64,000 nt of DNA from Laetmonice hystrix (lineage: Eukaryota). Shown here piece after piece: positions 35,901 through 48,392 of this stretch (within the stretch, counting starts at the first letter, position 1; each line of letters begins with the position of its first letter). The stretch covers positions 22,508,001 through 22,572,000 of the forward strand of contig OZ249436.1 of NCBI GenBank assembly GCA_965235115.1, given 5' to 3'. A program made the translations under genes and the position numbers. Under the pieces are notes generated by a model. That model was not told where the DNA came from. It did not search any database and was given only the letters and a program-made list of their open reading frames with translations.

Positions 35901-38900
35901 AAGCTGCCATAAAGAGGAAGGATGAGAGAATTCACAGTCGAATGTTGCTATACAGTGATCTCTTTGCCTATGATGCAAAATACCATAGATCATGCTATTC
36001 ACATTACATCTCGGAAAGAAACATAAAAGCAGCACGACGCCGGAATGAAAACAGCAGGGGGTCTATACACGACCAGGCATTCAGTATCGTCGTTGAGGAG
36101 CTCAAGTCCAAGTTGATTTCATCTAAATCTGTCATGCGACTATCACAAATATTAGATCTCTACATATCAAAAGTCTCCCAACTTGGAGCCTCAAAAGATG
36201 CCTGCACATACCGATCTTGGAAATTAAAGCAGAAACTGCAGGCAACGTTTAAAGGAAAGCTAGTGTTTGTTGAGCAAAGAGGATATTCTGATATCGTTTG
36301 CTGTAGTAAACTCAACATAAAAGATGTTCTAAAGAAAGCAGTGAAAATTGAAGATGGAAGTAGGTCTCCCAAACAAGATGATGGCGACGATGATGATGAT
36401 GATGATGACTATGATGTGACACTCAAAGTTTCCAGTAATGAAAGACAGATACTGTATCAAGCAGCAACCATCATAAGAAACAAAATAAATGAAGTAAAGT
36501 GCAACTCTGACATGTACATGTCTCCTACTGACCTCAATATATCGGAATGTGCAGCTTTCGTGCCAAAACCAGTCCATGATTTTGTTATGTGGTGTTGTGA
36601 TAAAAATGCCTATGACAATATTGATTTTGAATCCAAGTCTCCCAACATCAGCATAATATCAATTTGTCATCAGATGATTGCAAAGAGTCGCCAGATCTTG
36701 ACACCAGTGACATTAGGAGTAGGCGTTAGTCTCCAGCATCAGTTTGGTAGCAGAACCCTTATTGACCAGCTCCATGCCTTAGGAATTTCAGTTTCCTATG
36801 ACGAACTGAGGAAATTTTTGACATCTGCTGCAGAATATGGAGCTGCAAACACAAAGAGGATTGCAGATGTGAACACTTCAAAACAGGAGATTGATGCAGC
36901 CATCGACAATTTCGATCAAAATGAAGAGACTCTGGATGGGACGCAAACCACTCATGCTTTGGTTGGTGTGATATATGACAGAAGTCTACCAGAATACCAG
37001 AACAGAAGGATGGAGATTCCACGACTAGCTGAGAGGGCACTGCCTGCCACACACCACCTCAATGATCAACTTGATGCAGTTGCAAGGTATTCACCTTTAT
37101 GCTAATCAGACATATCCGATTGCTATGTGAAAATCATAACAGCAATCATGATAATTTCCTTCATTCTTCTGGGTCTTTATCTGTTAGTAATTCTGTGCTG
37201 GGTATATTGATGATCTCTGAGACATATGCTAGCTGTAAAATCCCAAATCGTGTGTATTTCTCTAGATGTTACACCCATTCGTTCAAAAGAAATTACAGAT
37301 AACTAAATGGATACAGATAACTAGATCGTTCAAAGAAATTACAGATTATCCCAACAGAATGGGTTTATATTGCTGTACTAGTGGTATAGAAGCCCTAGTG
37401 GATACTAAACTCTAGGCGAGCTTCACTCCAGTGGCATACTGTTGGTGGGGATGATGTCTCTCCCCCAAGGTTGACGATTACACCATAATATAGTGTCTTT
37501 GGCAATCCCCCCCCCCCCCCGTTTAGGATATTCAAAATAAACCACTGCCCGTGCCCTGCTCTAACCTCAAAAAGGGGATCCTTCAGTTTTAATGACCAAG
37601 TTGAGTGTTTGTCTACTTGCAATGTAGGTATCCATTTAACCACTGAGTGGCCTCCTCCTACTGGGTTATTGCCCCAGACCCTTTGTGTCATTCTGGGTTT
37701 CAACAGTTCTTAAGATATGTCAGTTGATGAATTACATTTACATTATGGGTATTGGCCCATGTTTGACACAGTACTCATCCTAAATTCAGTCCAAGCCCGT
37801 ATTACTGTTGACGCAATGCCCCCTGTGTATTTTGGCTAAAGGTGATTAAGATATGTGGTTGTTCCAGGTACCAGAAACCACATATCCGACCTGAACCACC
37901 GCTGTATTCGGGCAAAGAATTAACAGATTTGGACAATTCAGACATGTTCATACATTCTGATTTTACCTGGAAACTTCTTAAGTGCCAAAAACTGGAACAC
38001 CAGATGGTACCTGCATGGACTGGTTTCAATACATTGGTATCTAAAAATGACGGTCCGGTAGCCAAGATACATTATCTTCCATTTCTTAGGTCTCCACCAT
38101 CTGACATGTCCACCATCTACACAATGCTGATGAGGTTAGTAGAGATTGCAGAAGAGCGTGGTCAGCATCACATTCTTTGTACAGCAGATATGGCAATCTA
38201 CAGCAAAGCACAGGAGATTCTGTGGGCGAGACCAGGATCTCTGGATGGTAAAATCACAATGAGAATTGGAGGAATGCATATGACCATGGCATTCATTGCA
38301 AGTATTGGGAAACTCTTCAGCGATGGTGGTCTACTTGCTATCCTGTCTGAATCTAGTGTGTATGCAGAATCAACAGCCAGGATGATTTTGCAAGGTAAGC
38401 AGGTCTCAAGAGGAATAAGAGCCATAAACCTAGTAAATGAGGCTTTGTTCAGGCTACTTTGGAAAGATTTCCAGAAATGGGCAGAGAGCCGAGGGTATGT
38501 GATCATCAGTGATGCAGCCGAGCATGTTCTGCTGAGTATGCAACAGGCCTGTGAGTCGAGGAATGAAGAACTGATGCTTCATCTGATGGATGAATTCCAC
38601 CATCATCATCTGCCTGCAATTCAACAACTATTGGCAAGCTTCATGGAACAGGGACGAAAAGCATCAGAAACATTTTTGTTTTGGGAAAGGTTTCTCAAAG
38701 GAGCAGATACACTTCTGCATTTACTCAGAGCAGAAAGAGATGCTGACTTCAATCTGCATTTGGCTGCGACATCAGAAACACTACCCTGGTTTAGAGCTGC
38801 AGGAAAGTCCAACTATGCCAAGTATGTGCCATGCTACCTGGCAGATATGAAGGCCTTGGAGAAATTACATCCACAATCCTACCAACATCAGCAACAGGGA

Positions 38901-40071
38901 GGTTTCTGTGTGAGAAGGTCTTCAAACACCCGCTTCAATTCTGTGGCAACAGACATGGCTTTGGAACAGTCAATAAACCGTGAAGGCAAAGGTCGAGGTG
39001 GTGTTGTTGGGTTGACACTGCGAAAAGGTGCCCTGACTCGCTGGTTGATGACACGTCATATCACAGCTGAATTTGCAGAAAACTTTCGTTCACTGTGTGA
39101 ATGCACTAAGAAGACAGTTAACCACCATGAAGACTTAGGAAAGAAGCGAATGATTCGAGATGAAAATGATGTATTGAAACTTATGGATGTCATAAGCAAT
39201 AACCAAGACCCATTTGATCTGGAAACAGTCCCAAAGGAGCTCACCAACATTATATCTGGACAGGTGGCATCTGCTGCAGTGGCTGACAGTATTAAGGATT
39301 TCCTTGATGTAGGTTCATCTCGGCATTTAGATTTTGTGAAGCATCGCCTTCTAGAACCCAGGTCAAAAAGTTTTTGGGCCCCTCAGACAAGACACAAGAC
39401 ACAAACCTTTGCTGATATGAAAAAGACAATCTCAACAAGGGAGAATGAGAAGCTGATGCTTGATCCAGAAATCCTCTTCCGTCGCCTGCTTGCAGTTTCA
39501 AGACACAGAGAAGTTAACTTAGAACAACTGCTTTCTCATGAACTGTCAGGAGTACCTCTTGCGTTGTTCAAAGAGGATGGTACTATGCGAAAGACTGTAA
39601 AGTCAGAACTGTTGAAGAAAGTTGAGGATAATTCACAAGTCTTGATGGCTCCTCCTCCAGGATGTGCAACAGCAGGCTACATCATAGACGGAATGTCACT
39701 ATTACACAGTTTAAAAGAAGATTCCTTCAATACCTTTGAAGACCTTGCCCTTCAAGTTCTAAAAACCCTGATATCGATCCTTCAGGAAGCAGCACATGTT
39801 GTTCTGGTATTTGACAGGTATGACAAAGAACTTTCAACAAAGCAAGGAGAGCGAAACCAACGTGGACCAATGGCTGCCTCGCATGCTATAAGTAAATTCA
39901 GAGTTGTGCCTAAGTACCGACTCTTCATGAGAAATGAAAAGAACAAAGCTGCACTTGCTGAATTTGTCTGTGATTTCCTTGAACAGCAGCTGCCTAGCGA
40001 GTTGGATGGTACAAAGCATGTCTCTCTTGCTGGAGGCTATCAGGATGGACGGATCTGTAAGCTGATAAGTC
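32984..40071 (+). mobile_element. Academ DNA transposon, 3'-truncated, inserted in LINE ORF1
   Basis: Starts TAGAGCTG exactly where ORF1 breaks. Has ~350 bp subterminal repeats (33283, 33637, 33986) and an Academ-type transposase cut off at 40071. No right TIR. Confidence 0.8.
35423..40071 (+). pseudogene. Academ transposase, exons 35423-37086 and 37868-40071, C-terminally truncated
   Basis: The GT-AG intron joins in frame (VAR/YQKP). Motifs CxxC..HxxC twice, AAIDNFD, TADMAIY, RIGGMH, MALEQSIN, IIDGMS, FDRY are collinear with the 54882-59747 protein. EEADTR, GCD and the Cys cluster are missing. Confidence 0.85.
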
Positions 40072-40464
40072 GTTAAACTTGCGTTTGTCATTCTCTATCT
40101 TCTCTAGTCTACTCTCCAGGGTATCAATACGCTCCACCAGTTGAGAGTTTTCAGCTCCGACGCGCACTATTTGTTTGTTTAATTCTTTGATAGTTTCCTC
40201 TTGTTCATCTACTTTGGCTTTTATCTCCTTCATTTCTTTAACACTTTCAGAGACTTCGTTCAGCTGTGCACTCATCTGATTCACATTGTTATTTGTTGTC
40301 ATCATTAGTACATAGAGGTCTCGTAGGGTCGGCGTATCGTCTGTATCTGGCTGGAGGGGTCTAATTGTTGGCGCCTCTCCTGGTAACTCGCTCACCTCTT
40401 TGTCCGTGTTCATATCTATTGTAGGATTCCTGTTTGTAGCCTTGGATCTTGTCCTTTGTGACAT
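40072..40464 (-). CDS. LINE ORF1, 5' part (N-terminus and coiled coil)
   Basis: Heptad-rich helix ..VSESVKEMKEIKAKVDEQEETIKELNKQ..LVERIDTLESRLEKIENDKRKFN joins in frame to LIIHGIPE at 32983, giving a 430 aa ORF1. Confidence 0.85.
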
Positions 40465-42419
40465 TTGGATTGTTCTTGGTTCGCACAGCTTACAGGTTGT
40501 CTTGTTGTGGTTCTGGATCTCGTTAAATCTCACAGTAATGTCCCGGTTAGCTAGTTAAAAGTGATTTTCCTGAGAGCCCGCGGTCGACACGTCTGGTCAC
40601 TCTGACGCCATATTTGATTAACAGTATCCCACTTCACACGATCATCAAGACCACATTCTGACTCGGCCTACTCCTGTGGAAAAAGATGGTATTTTAGGAC
40701 ATTTAGTGCTGTGACAACAGTTAACCTATGAAATTGAAAATAAAACCTGAAAGTGTTACGACTCTGAATTTATGAAATGCTGGCAGCCACCACATTTATT
40801 TACAGTTCATGAGATTATAGTACATACCTGCAGTAAAGACCCAACCTCTGCTTTTACATGTCTGCTCGATACTTTATACAACATGTATGTATGTTGTAGC
40901 ATCCAACAACTGTGTGTAATCTATTCCATTCTCCTGCAAAAAAAAACTGATCCCATTCACTTTTGCCTAACCTACAAGCCCCTAATCACACAGATCTACT
41001 CTACGTACTTCAAATTATTTAAATAGTGCACTTCATAAAATTTTTATCATGTGGATCTTGGACAGACACATCGACAATAATAAATGGCAATGGCTGCTGC
41101 CAAAGTACTTTGGGCGAAAGACCACCAAAAGGCTATTGCCAAAGTACCAATCAAAATACAGTATTTCTACTTTGGCAGCAACAAGCCAGGGTAATTGCTG
41201 CCAAAGTACCAATGGGCGACTGGCTTACAAACTGCTTGTTGCCTGATCCTGCCAAAGTACTTTGGAAGCAAGAAACATGTATACGGTCAACTCGGGGTTG
41301 ATGCATGTAACAAAGTACTGTGTCCGCATTATAAAGCCACACGATTGTGCAGAAGACCGTGGGCTTCAGTATCAAAGTATACTTTGTCAGCAACTTTATC
41401 AGGAACTCTTATTGCAGATGTGGACGAAGAACTTTGTCTGGAAGCGCTGTTACCAAAGTCTATGGGTACACATGCACTGCAGTGTGAAAGAACAAAAGTT
41501 GTTAGGGGACGTTCAGACTATTACCGCGTAATATCAGTGGCGGATCCGGGGGTAGGGAGTTAACCCCCCTAGCCAATTTTGTCTTTTTTCACCATTGAAC
41601 GATCCTAATTGTCCATGACTACTCCCCTCCCCCAGAAAATGCTTCCCTTAACCCCGCCTCCTTCCTAAATCCCGCATCCGCCCTATATCAATACGGTTTT
41701 TAATACCAAAGTAGGCCTACTTTGACAGGAAAAAGTGTGATTAGGCCTATACTACAATTTCTAAGCATGACCTACTGAGCCAACGTCCTTTTTGTCTGGA
41801 AACATGAAATCTCTGGACCTGAGATTTAGTTTTGACACACTTTTTCATGACACACAGGGACATTTTCGATGGCGAAGTACTTTGTCAGGTGACGCTGTCT
41901 TAACGTGACGTTTATTGACAGAATAAAGTCAGGAAGTCAAGTGGTACTATATTTTGAACATGAGCTTTATTGCCAACGACCATTCACATTAAACATAGAG
42001 AATTACAACTGTCGGTGTGGAGAAAATCTTAGGTGTAAAAGCAAAAGGTATACTCGTAGTTTGCTGACGTAGTCAAGGTAATGTAGGCCTACTTATATAC
42101 ATGTAGGCCTATATAATTTGGAGATGCCGATTAACATGCAAAACTGTGTAACCCTGAAAAAAAGCCTTTCAGAACTTCCTTTGCGAGTTACACTAAAACA
42201 GCCTGCGGTAATTTGACCTGAATCTGTATAGTAATATGGAACACTTGGAAAAAGTGTACACCAGTGGCAACAGTAATTTGGTAATCGCAAAGCAGCCTAA
42301 CCCCCTACGCCTTGCTACCACAGTATACTTTGGCAATAACAATGCAGCCTAACGCCCTGTCCCTTGCTGCCACAGTACTTTGGCAATATGATAATGACGT
42401 TAAATATCATGCACAATAG

Positions 42420-43400
42420 ACATGCCAGGTTGCAAACTATGCTCTGTCGGATCAGGGTCATGCTGGCGCACAGTCTCTGGAGGAATTACTCTCCAGTGTT
42501 GTTATTTTCTTTCCATAAAATCATGTCTCAGTCTTGCTGCTTCCCTATTTACAATGTACCTTATTCCTAAACTTATTGGCCTCCTCTTTACGGCCAGCCA
42601 TATGTGCCTCTGCCTTTTTTTGTATGCGTTGTCTGAACTTGTCAGGAACCCATGGCTTTTCGCCGGTATATCGAGTGACGGTTTTCAGTGGGAAACAGGT
42701 TTGCATTGAGAGGTCCATATAGTTGATTGAAAATACGTGAACTGGTCGTTACAGAACTCAAGTCGAAAAAGGAGTTTCCATCTTATATCAGCACAATGCG
42801 CCTTCTCAGCGGTACCCACACTTCTGACAACTACTTTCTGTACCTGCGCAGTATTTAAAGATGGGGTAAACGCCAGGGCTAGTAATGCCATATTATGATC
42901 TGACGTCCCTAATGTGGATAGTACTGAAGCCCCATCATACACTTCATACACATTCAGGATGTTTTCTTAAAACAATACACATAATTAGATATTCACGGAT
43001 TGTCTTGTTGTCTGCGTCTGGTGGATGGTAGATGCCACCACAATACATGAGAATCGACGTGGCAACTTAGTGGGTTTCAGTTTAATCGTTTTCGAGATGG
43101 TGCATTCGTTCATACAAAAGGGTGTCTTTAATATACACATGCCACACCCCCTCCTCGTCCCGAGTGACGATCCTTTCTTTCGCAGTAAAAATTAGTAACA
43201 GCCACAGCTTCAATAGACACATGTTCAGAAAACCAGGTTTCGGTTATACAGGCGCATGATATATATCATTCAGATACATAGCAGCACTCAACTCGTCTGT
43301 TTTCTCAATATTTAAAGATCGGGCGTTCAGGTTCAACACACGAGGTAGGTCCCAATTCTTCATAGTGGGGACACATACTAAATTCTCGTTGCTCGACCCC
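42420..43400 (-). pseudogene. Decayed LINE ORF2 endonuclease fragment
   Basis: LPRVLNLNARSL..KTDEL (APE motif I) near 43340 and LGTSDHN near 42900, with multiple frameshifts. Confidence 0.6.
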
Positions 43401-45477
43401 TTACCCCTGGCCTGATTGGGACAACAAACACGCAACGAAATAAAAACCGGTATTGGTTGTTTACAAGTTGTATACTCGTGCGTGGCCACTTCCTATTGGC
43501 CTTGCCCCTACTGTAAGCGGGTGGGGTGGGCCAGGGGGGGGGGTCGACTGCCCCCCTTAAAAAACTGTGATCTTGTAAGAAAAAGATTAATGGTTTCCCG
43601 CATACCGTTGAAACCCCCCCCCCCCCCAATAATTTGCTTCCGGCGTTGTTGGCACTGGTCATGTGGAGTCTTGATCCTTGGTAGAGCCGTAGCCTGGATT
43701 TCCAGTTTAAAAATTATTATTGGGCCTGGACCCGCAACATTGACACTGGAATTGCCAGGTCATTGGTGTTTTACTCGAAGTAATTGGTGAGATTTGGGGC
43801 AAAAGTTTGTGAGTTTTGCTGGTGAGAGCTCCGCGAGTCCTAGTGTCATGATTAAGGATGTGTGAGGCCCACAGGCCTGTCGCAAAGGGTTGTTCGAGTA
43901 ACCCCCCCCCCCCCCCAACTCGGACCAGCCAACGGCGGGCATCCTGTCGGTTGCCCTTTGGTCCTCCAACGACCCCCGCCCCCCCTCCAGGCACGGCGGA
44001 GCAGGGGGACTGGGGGCTATAGCCCCCCAATAATTTCAGATAAAAAAATCCCCAGAGCTTCCGGGGCCTAGGCGGCCCCTGGCCCCTGGCCTGAAGTGCT
44101 GTGATAGTGTAGCCTCCCAATCCGCCGTGCCTGCTCCCAACCTGGAAAGGTAGATATACGGGGGTGAAGTGTAGGTAGTGTTACGCTTGGCGGCAACCAA
44201 GTTGTACACAATTAACGCAAAGGTTACTGGTGGCATTCACTGACTTGATAGTAGACTTGGGGCATGGTAAATTTATAACCTAGACTGTGACTTTTGGTAA
44301 CAGTGAAAGTGAGTAAGAGTGGATGGCTTTACACCATGTCATGCAACTATCTTTCATCTTCATGGTGAAAACTATAAAACTATAGGAAACTATAAAAAAA
44401 ACAAGTTAAAGGCACGTATTGTTTGAAGGGGGGGGGGGTCGGGGAGGGGTGAGGATAAATAATAAAGTGAAAGCTGCCACAAGCTTGAGCTATGTACTTT
44501 CGCTAATACTATGAATTCAATCCTATAAACATACATAACATAACAATTAACATAATAAATTACATGGCTAGTCAATGCCGCGCAGAGCGACACTAGATAG
44601 GCCTGTACCTCATCTATCTGGAAACACTGGTTTAAACAGGTCTCCACGTGTTACCTCGGTGCTACCTGAGCAGTGCTTTAATATATAATTAATTAGACAT
44701 AGATCCCATTATTTTTGTACTCTTTTTGTAGTTTTCTCACTATGGAACTCTTGTAGATCAAGATGAGTCTGGAATAAAGAATTGAATAGAATTGAATATT
44801 ATCTGCAGCATGTTTACTAGCAGTCAGGTGGTGATTTCAGAGGTAGGTGTATTATTATTCTCTTACGTATTTGACCTCTGCTAACAATCTTCTCCTACAT
44901 ATATTGCGTGATCAGATGTTAACTTGATAGTACTAGAGTCCGTCTATACCATATTCATATTTTTAGACTGTACTTGTAATTAATGATTATCATTCAAAAA
45001 CGGGACTTAGTGGTTGATAGTCTTTCCGCCATCTTGCAAAAAGGACGCATGCAGACGCCTTGTGGAAATCTACAGAACTATGAGTGACACGTGGTAGTGA
45101 CGTCATGAAGGGACAACAACTTTGGTAGGCAATAATAGGCCTACACCGTAGACTGAAGTGGTCGGGCAGGTCGGGGACTCGCCCGACCAATATTTTTTTA
45201 TTTTTAGGCCTATTTCTCATATGATGTAAAAGGTGTAGGCCTACAGATTGCACCATTTTACTCTTAGTTTTGACAAATTTCCGGGGGCGTGTGCCCCCGA
45301 ACCCCCATAGCAGGCGGATTCGTACCGATCGTGACTCGCGTCTGTATCATCATGCACGAATTCCCATCCAGGTAAGTTGCCCGACCAATCATGCGATGGC
45401 TGCGCCGTCCCTATGCCAGGACTTTGTGCGGCAGTGGGGTTTTTAACAACCGAAAGGTTAAGAATTTGAATCAACAA

Positions 45478-45659
45478 CAGGGGCGTAGACAAGTGGCAAA
45501 ATCTGGGGAAGGGGGGGGGGGCTATGGATGGTCGTTAACTTTAAGAATGTGCTAGAAAACAACATGGGGAACAAAGGTTATTATAGGCTGTTCTTTAAAT
45601 ACCTGGGGGGGGGAGGGCTGAAGCCCCCCCCCCCAAGCACCCTCTTGTCTACGCCCTTG
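45478..45659. mobile_element. Short G/C-run hAT-like MITE with 5 bp TSD; related remnants across ~41.5-47 kb
   Basis: TIR CAGGGGCGTAGACAAG / CTTGTCTACGCCCTTG, TSD AACAA. Confidence 0.7.
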
Positions 45660-47539
45660 AACAAAGGAGCTTTCATGCTTTCCCCTCTAAAATAAAACGG
45701 CCTGTAGGCTGTGTAATTCTGTAGAAGGTGACCGTGGGTGCAGCACAACATGCGTCGAGGTGCTGGATTTGTTGAAACGGCGAACCACCTGCTGTGCTAT
45801 TAATATTATACAATTATTCTTGAGAATGTCTTGATTTTTTTCTGTCACTAACTAAACTTGTCAGTTCTACTCCAGCCACCAGTGTCAGTGACACATTTAC
45901 ACTTTAAAAATTTTGAAGGGGGGCCGGGGGGGGGGGTATTTACCGAAGACCGGTTTTCCGAGACAACCCGTGACCGGCCTACTGTAGCAAGCTGCCCCCG
46001 CCAACTCGGCCGCCAAGCTGCACGCCGGGCTCAGTCAAGTGAGCCGAGGACAGACACCCATACCAAGGCCATTGGGGGGGGGGGGGGGGCAACATCCAGG
46101 ATTTTGCATTTTGCAACGGTGCGGGGCGGGGGGGGGGGGTTGATGTAAAACCTGTTCTGGCTCTAGCTATAGGTGCGCCGTAGTCTGGCGTAGACACACT
46201 GCAAAATGATGACCCTCAGGCTGCAGTCAGCTGGGGGGGGGGGGGGAGGGGCAGGCGCGGATCCAGGGGGGGGGGGGTCCATTGGGTGCACGTGCACCCC
46301 ACTTGATTCACCATATAGGCCTATAGGCCCTATTAATCAGACCTCTCCCGCTCAGTCCAAGTGACCCGCGTCTGGCAAACCAGCACCAAAACCTACTGAC
46401 CCGCGAAGTCCATTTTATGTCGTTTGTTGAGGATAGTCTGCGGCTTGATCACACGTAAATTAGTAGCTTTAGCTCAGAATACAGTATGCGCCATCAGGTA
46501 GATAGATCTAGCCATATGCATATCTGATATATGGCGATTGTGCCCCCCCCCCCTTATTTTTGCAGACTGACTTTTTAACGAATTGCTAAAAAAGCTAGGC
46601 CTATTTTCAGCTAACTCTAAGACCTTGTAGCCTATGTTGTTCCCAGATGCCAGGAAAACGCGTATTTGGCACTTTAATTTTCAAACTTTTCTTTTTGAGG
46701 CTTCTGATCGCGTAGATCCTATTCGGCGCTAGCACAACCCACATTTCAAATCTTGAAACTTGGGACCTATAGTTAAGTAGTAAAATAGTGATAAGAACCG
46801 ATCCACAGGCCTATACTTTGGGGACCTCACAAGTATACCTATCTTTGATGGTGCCCCCCCCCCCCCACAGAGCACCTGGATCCGCCCCTGGGGGGGGGGG
46901 CTTGAGCTTCCAAAGCCTCCCCCCTGGATCCTCTACTGGCCCGCCCCACTCAGAAATTTCTAGCTACGGCCCTACATAGGCCTACGTGTATCTCCATAGC
47001 TTATAGTATCTCGGAAACCGAGATGGTATGCCTATGGTATGCTTTGGCTATGCTGTGGGTCATGGATGTAGCCGGGGGAGGGGGCGGGGGTTGCAGGGTT
47101 CTGACGAACCTGCTGTAAGGTGGGGTGTTACGGTTAGGAAGTTGGTCATGGTTGGAGTAGAGGGGTGGATGGGGAGCAGCTCGTCCTGGGCTGCGGACTA
47201 ATCACCGGAGGGTCGGTACCCTACAACTGACTGAGGCTAAGAGCCCAGTCGGTGGTTGTATAGATGAGCCTGCTAGCCCAGGAGGAGTAGAGTTATCATG
47301 ACGAGCGAGAAGGATGAGGACCGGGCTCCTTACACTAAGGAGTCAGACAACAATCTCAACATTTAACCAATTTTAATGTAATCTTAATAATATATACATG
47401 TTCACATCAGGCATGTTTATAAAGGAAATACAAATGGTAAACTTACTTGGCTGTGGTGTGCCCCATCCTATACCTGCATGCATGGCCAGTCTCAGTGCCG
47501 CCTCCCGGTCTCCCCTTAAACTGTTGCACTGGCCAGATA

Positions 47540-48392
47540 TATCGGGTGGATAAAAAAAAACGCCCCGAACTTTAAACTTCAATATTTCAAAAAGTAATGA
47601 TTGTAATTCAATGAAATTTTTCTTAATATCACTTCATGATGTTGTCTTCTAGATGTTAGTGTTACAACTCAATAGCTTGGATAGTATTTCCGTGGGGCTA
47701 AAAACAAAAATCATTGTATAAAAGTGCAATGCCGGGCTAAAGCGAGTGGTAGTCGCACCAAGAGTCCCTGGCCTCACACTAGAGTAGGTGGTCAATCGGT
47801 CCCCCGTTTTCACTTCATACTGCTCTCAGTCTCTTTTTTCATGAGCCAATGCACTTCCCGATCTCTGATGGGGAAATATCTTCCCAACACTGGGAAATAC
47901 GCAACGTTCTGAACGTGTTTCTAAACGTGATAATGATACGATTTCCCTTGAACTTCTCATTACAGTCATATCGTCCTAATGTTGCAGTTTCTCTGCAGGG
48001 TTTGGCACATTAAACATTGTTTTCTCTAAAAGTGCTAGGAATAGCACATATTTGATTATATCTCGTGGTCTACAGCATTATTACATATTGTAAAATGCAA
48101 AAACTAAATATTGAATTTTTTTACCCAAGGTACAATGCAGTGCATCAAACAGGTTCAAATTGGACACCTGGCAGCTGCATGATATTTGACCTAATTCCGG
48201 CATTGCGTTTTTAGACACTGATTTTTGTTTTTAGCGCCACGGGATTAATATTAAAGCTATTGAGCTGAGGTTTTAACATACTAGAGATAATATCATGAAG
48301 TGATACTAAGAGAAATTTTATTGAATTATAATGCATAGTTTTTGAGATCTTAAAGTTTAAAGTTCGGGGCGTTTTTTTTTATCCACCCGATA
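47540..48392. mobile_element. Tc1/mariner-type MITE with long TIRs
   Basis: TATCGGGTGGATAAAAAAAAACGCCCCGAACTTTAAACTT and its inverse at the right end. Inverted similarity extends ~170 bp inward; TA flanks. Confidence 0.85.

Larger units (their letters stand above)
27641..40615 (-). mobile_element. CR1/L2-group non-LTR retrotransposon (LINE), near full length (~5.9 kb once the Academ insert is removed); 5' end approximate
   Basis: Poly(A) tail (T-run 27641-27662) merged with AATAAA, 3' UTR stem-loop (ACAGGG..CCCTGT, 27678-27726), and collinear ORF1, SGNH ORF and APE-RT ORF2 on the minus strand. Confidence 0.88.

Noticed and set aside
43500..46960. G-quadruplex or regulatory role for the many poly-G/poly-C runs and Gly/Pro-rich ORFs
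   Set aside because: The runs are explained as internal parts of short hAT-like MITE remnants.
47095..47240. Hammerhead ribozyme from the CTGACGA motif
   Set aside because: No correctly placed GAAA and stem II/III arrangement could be built, so it is kept only as a generic structured-RNA candidate.
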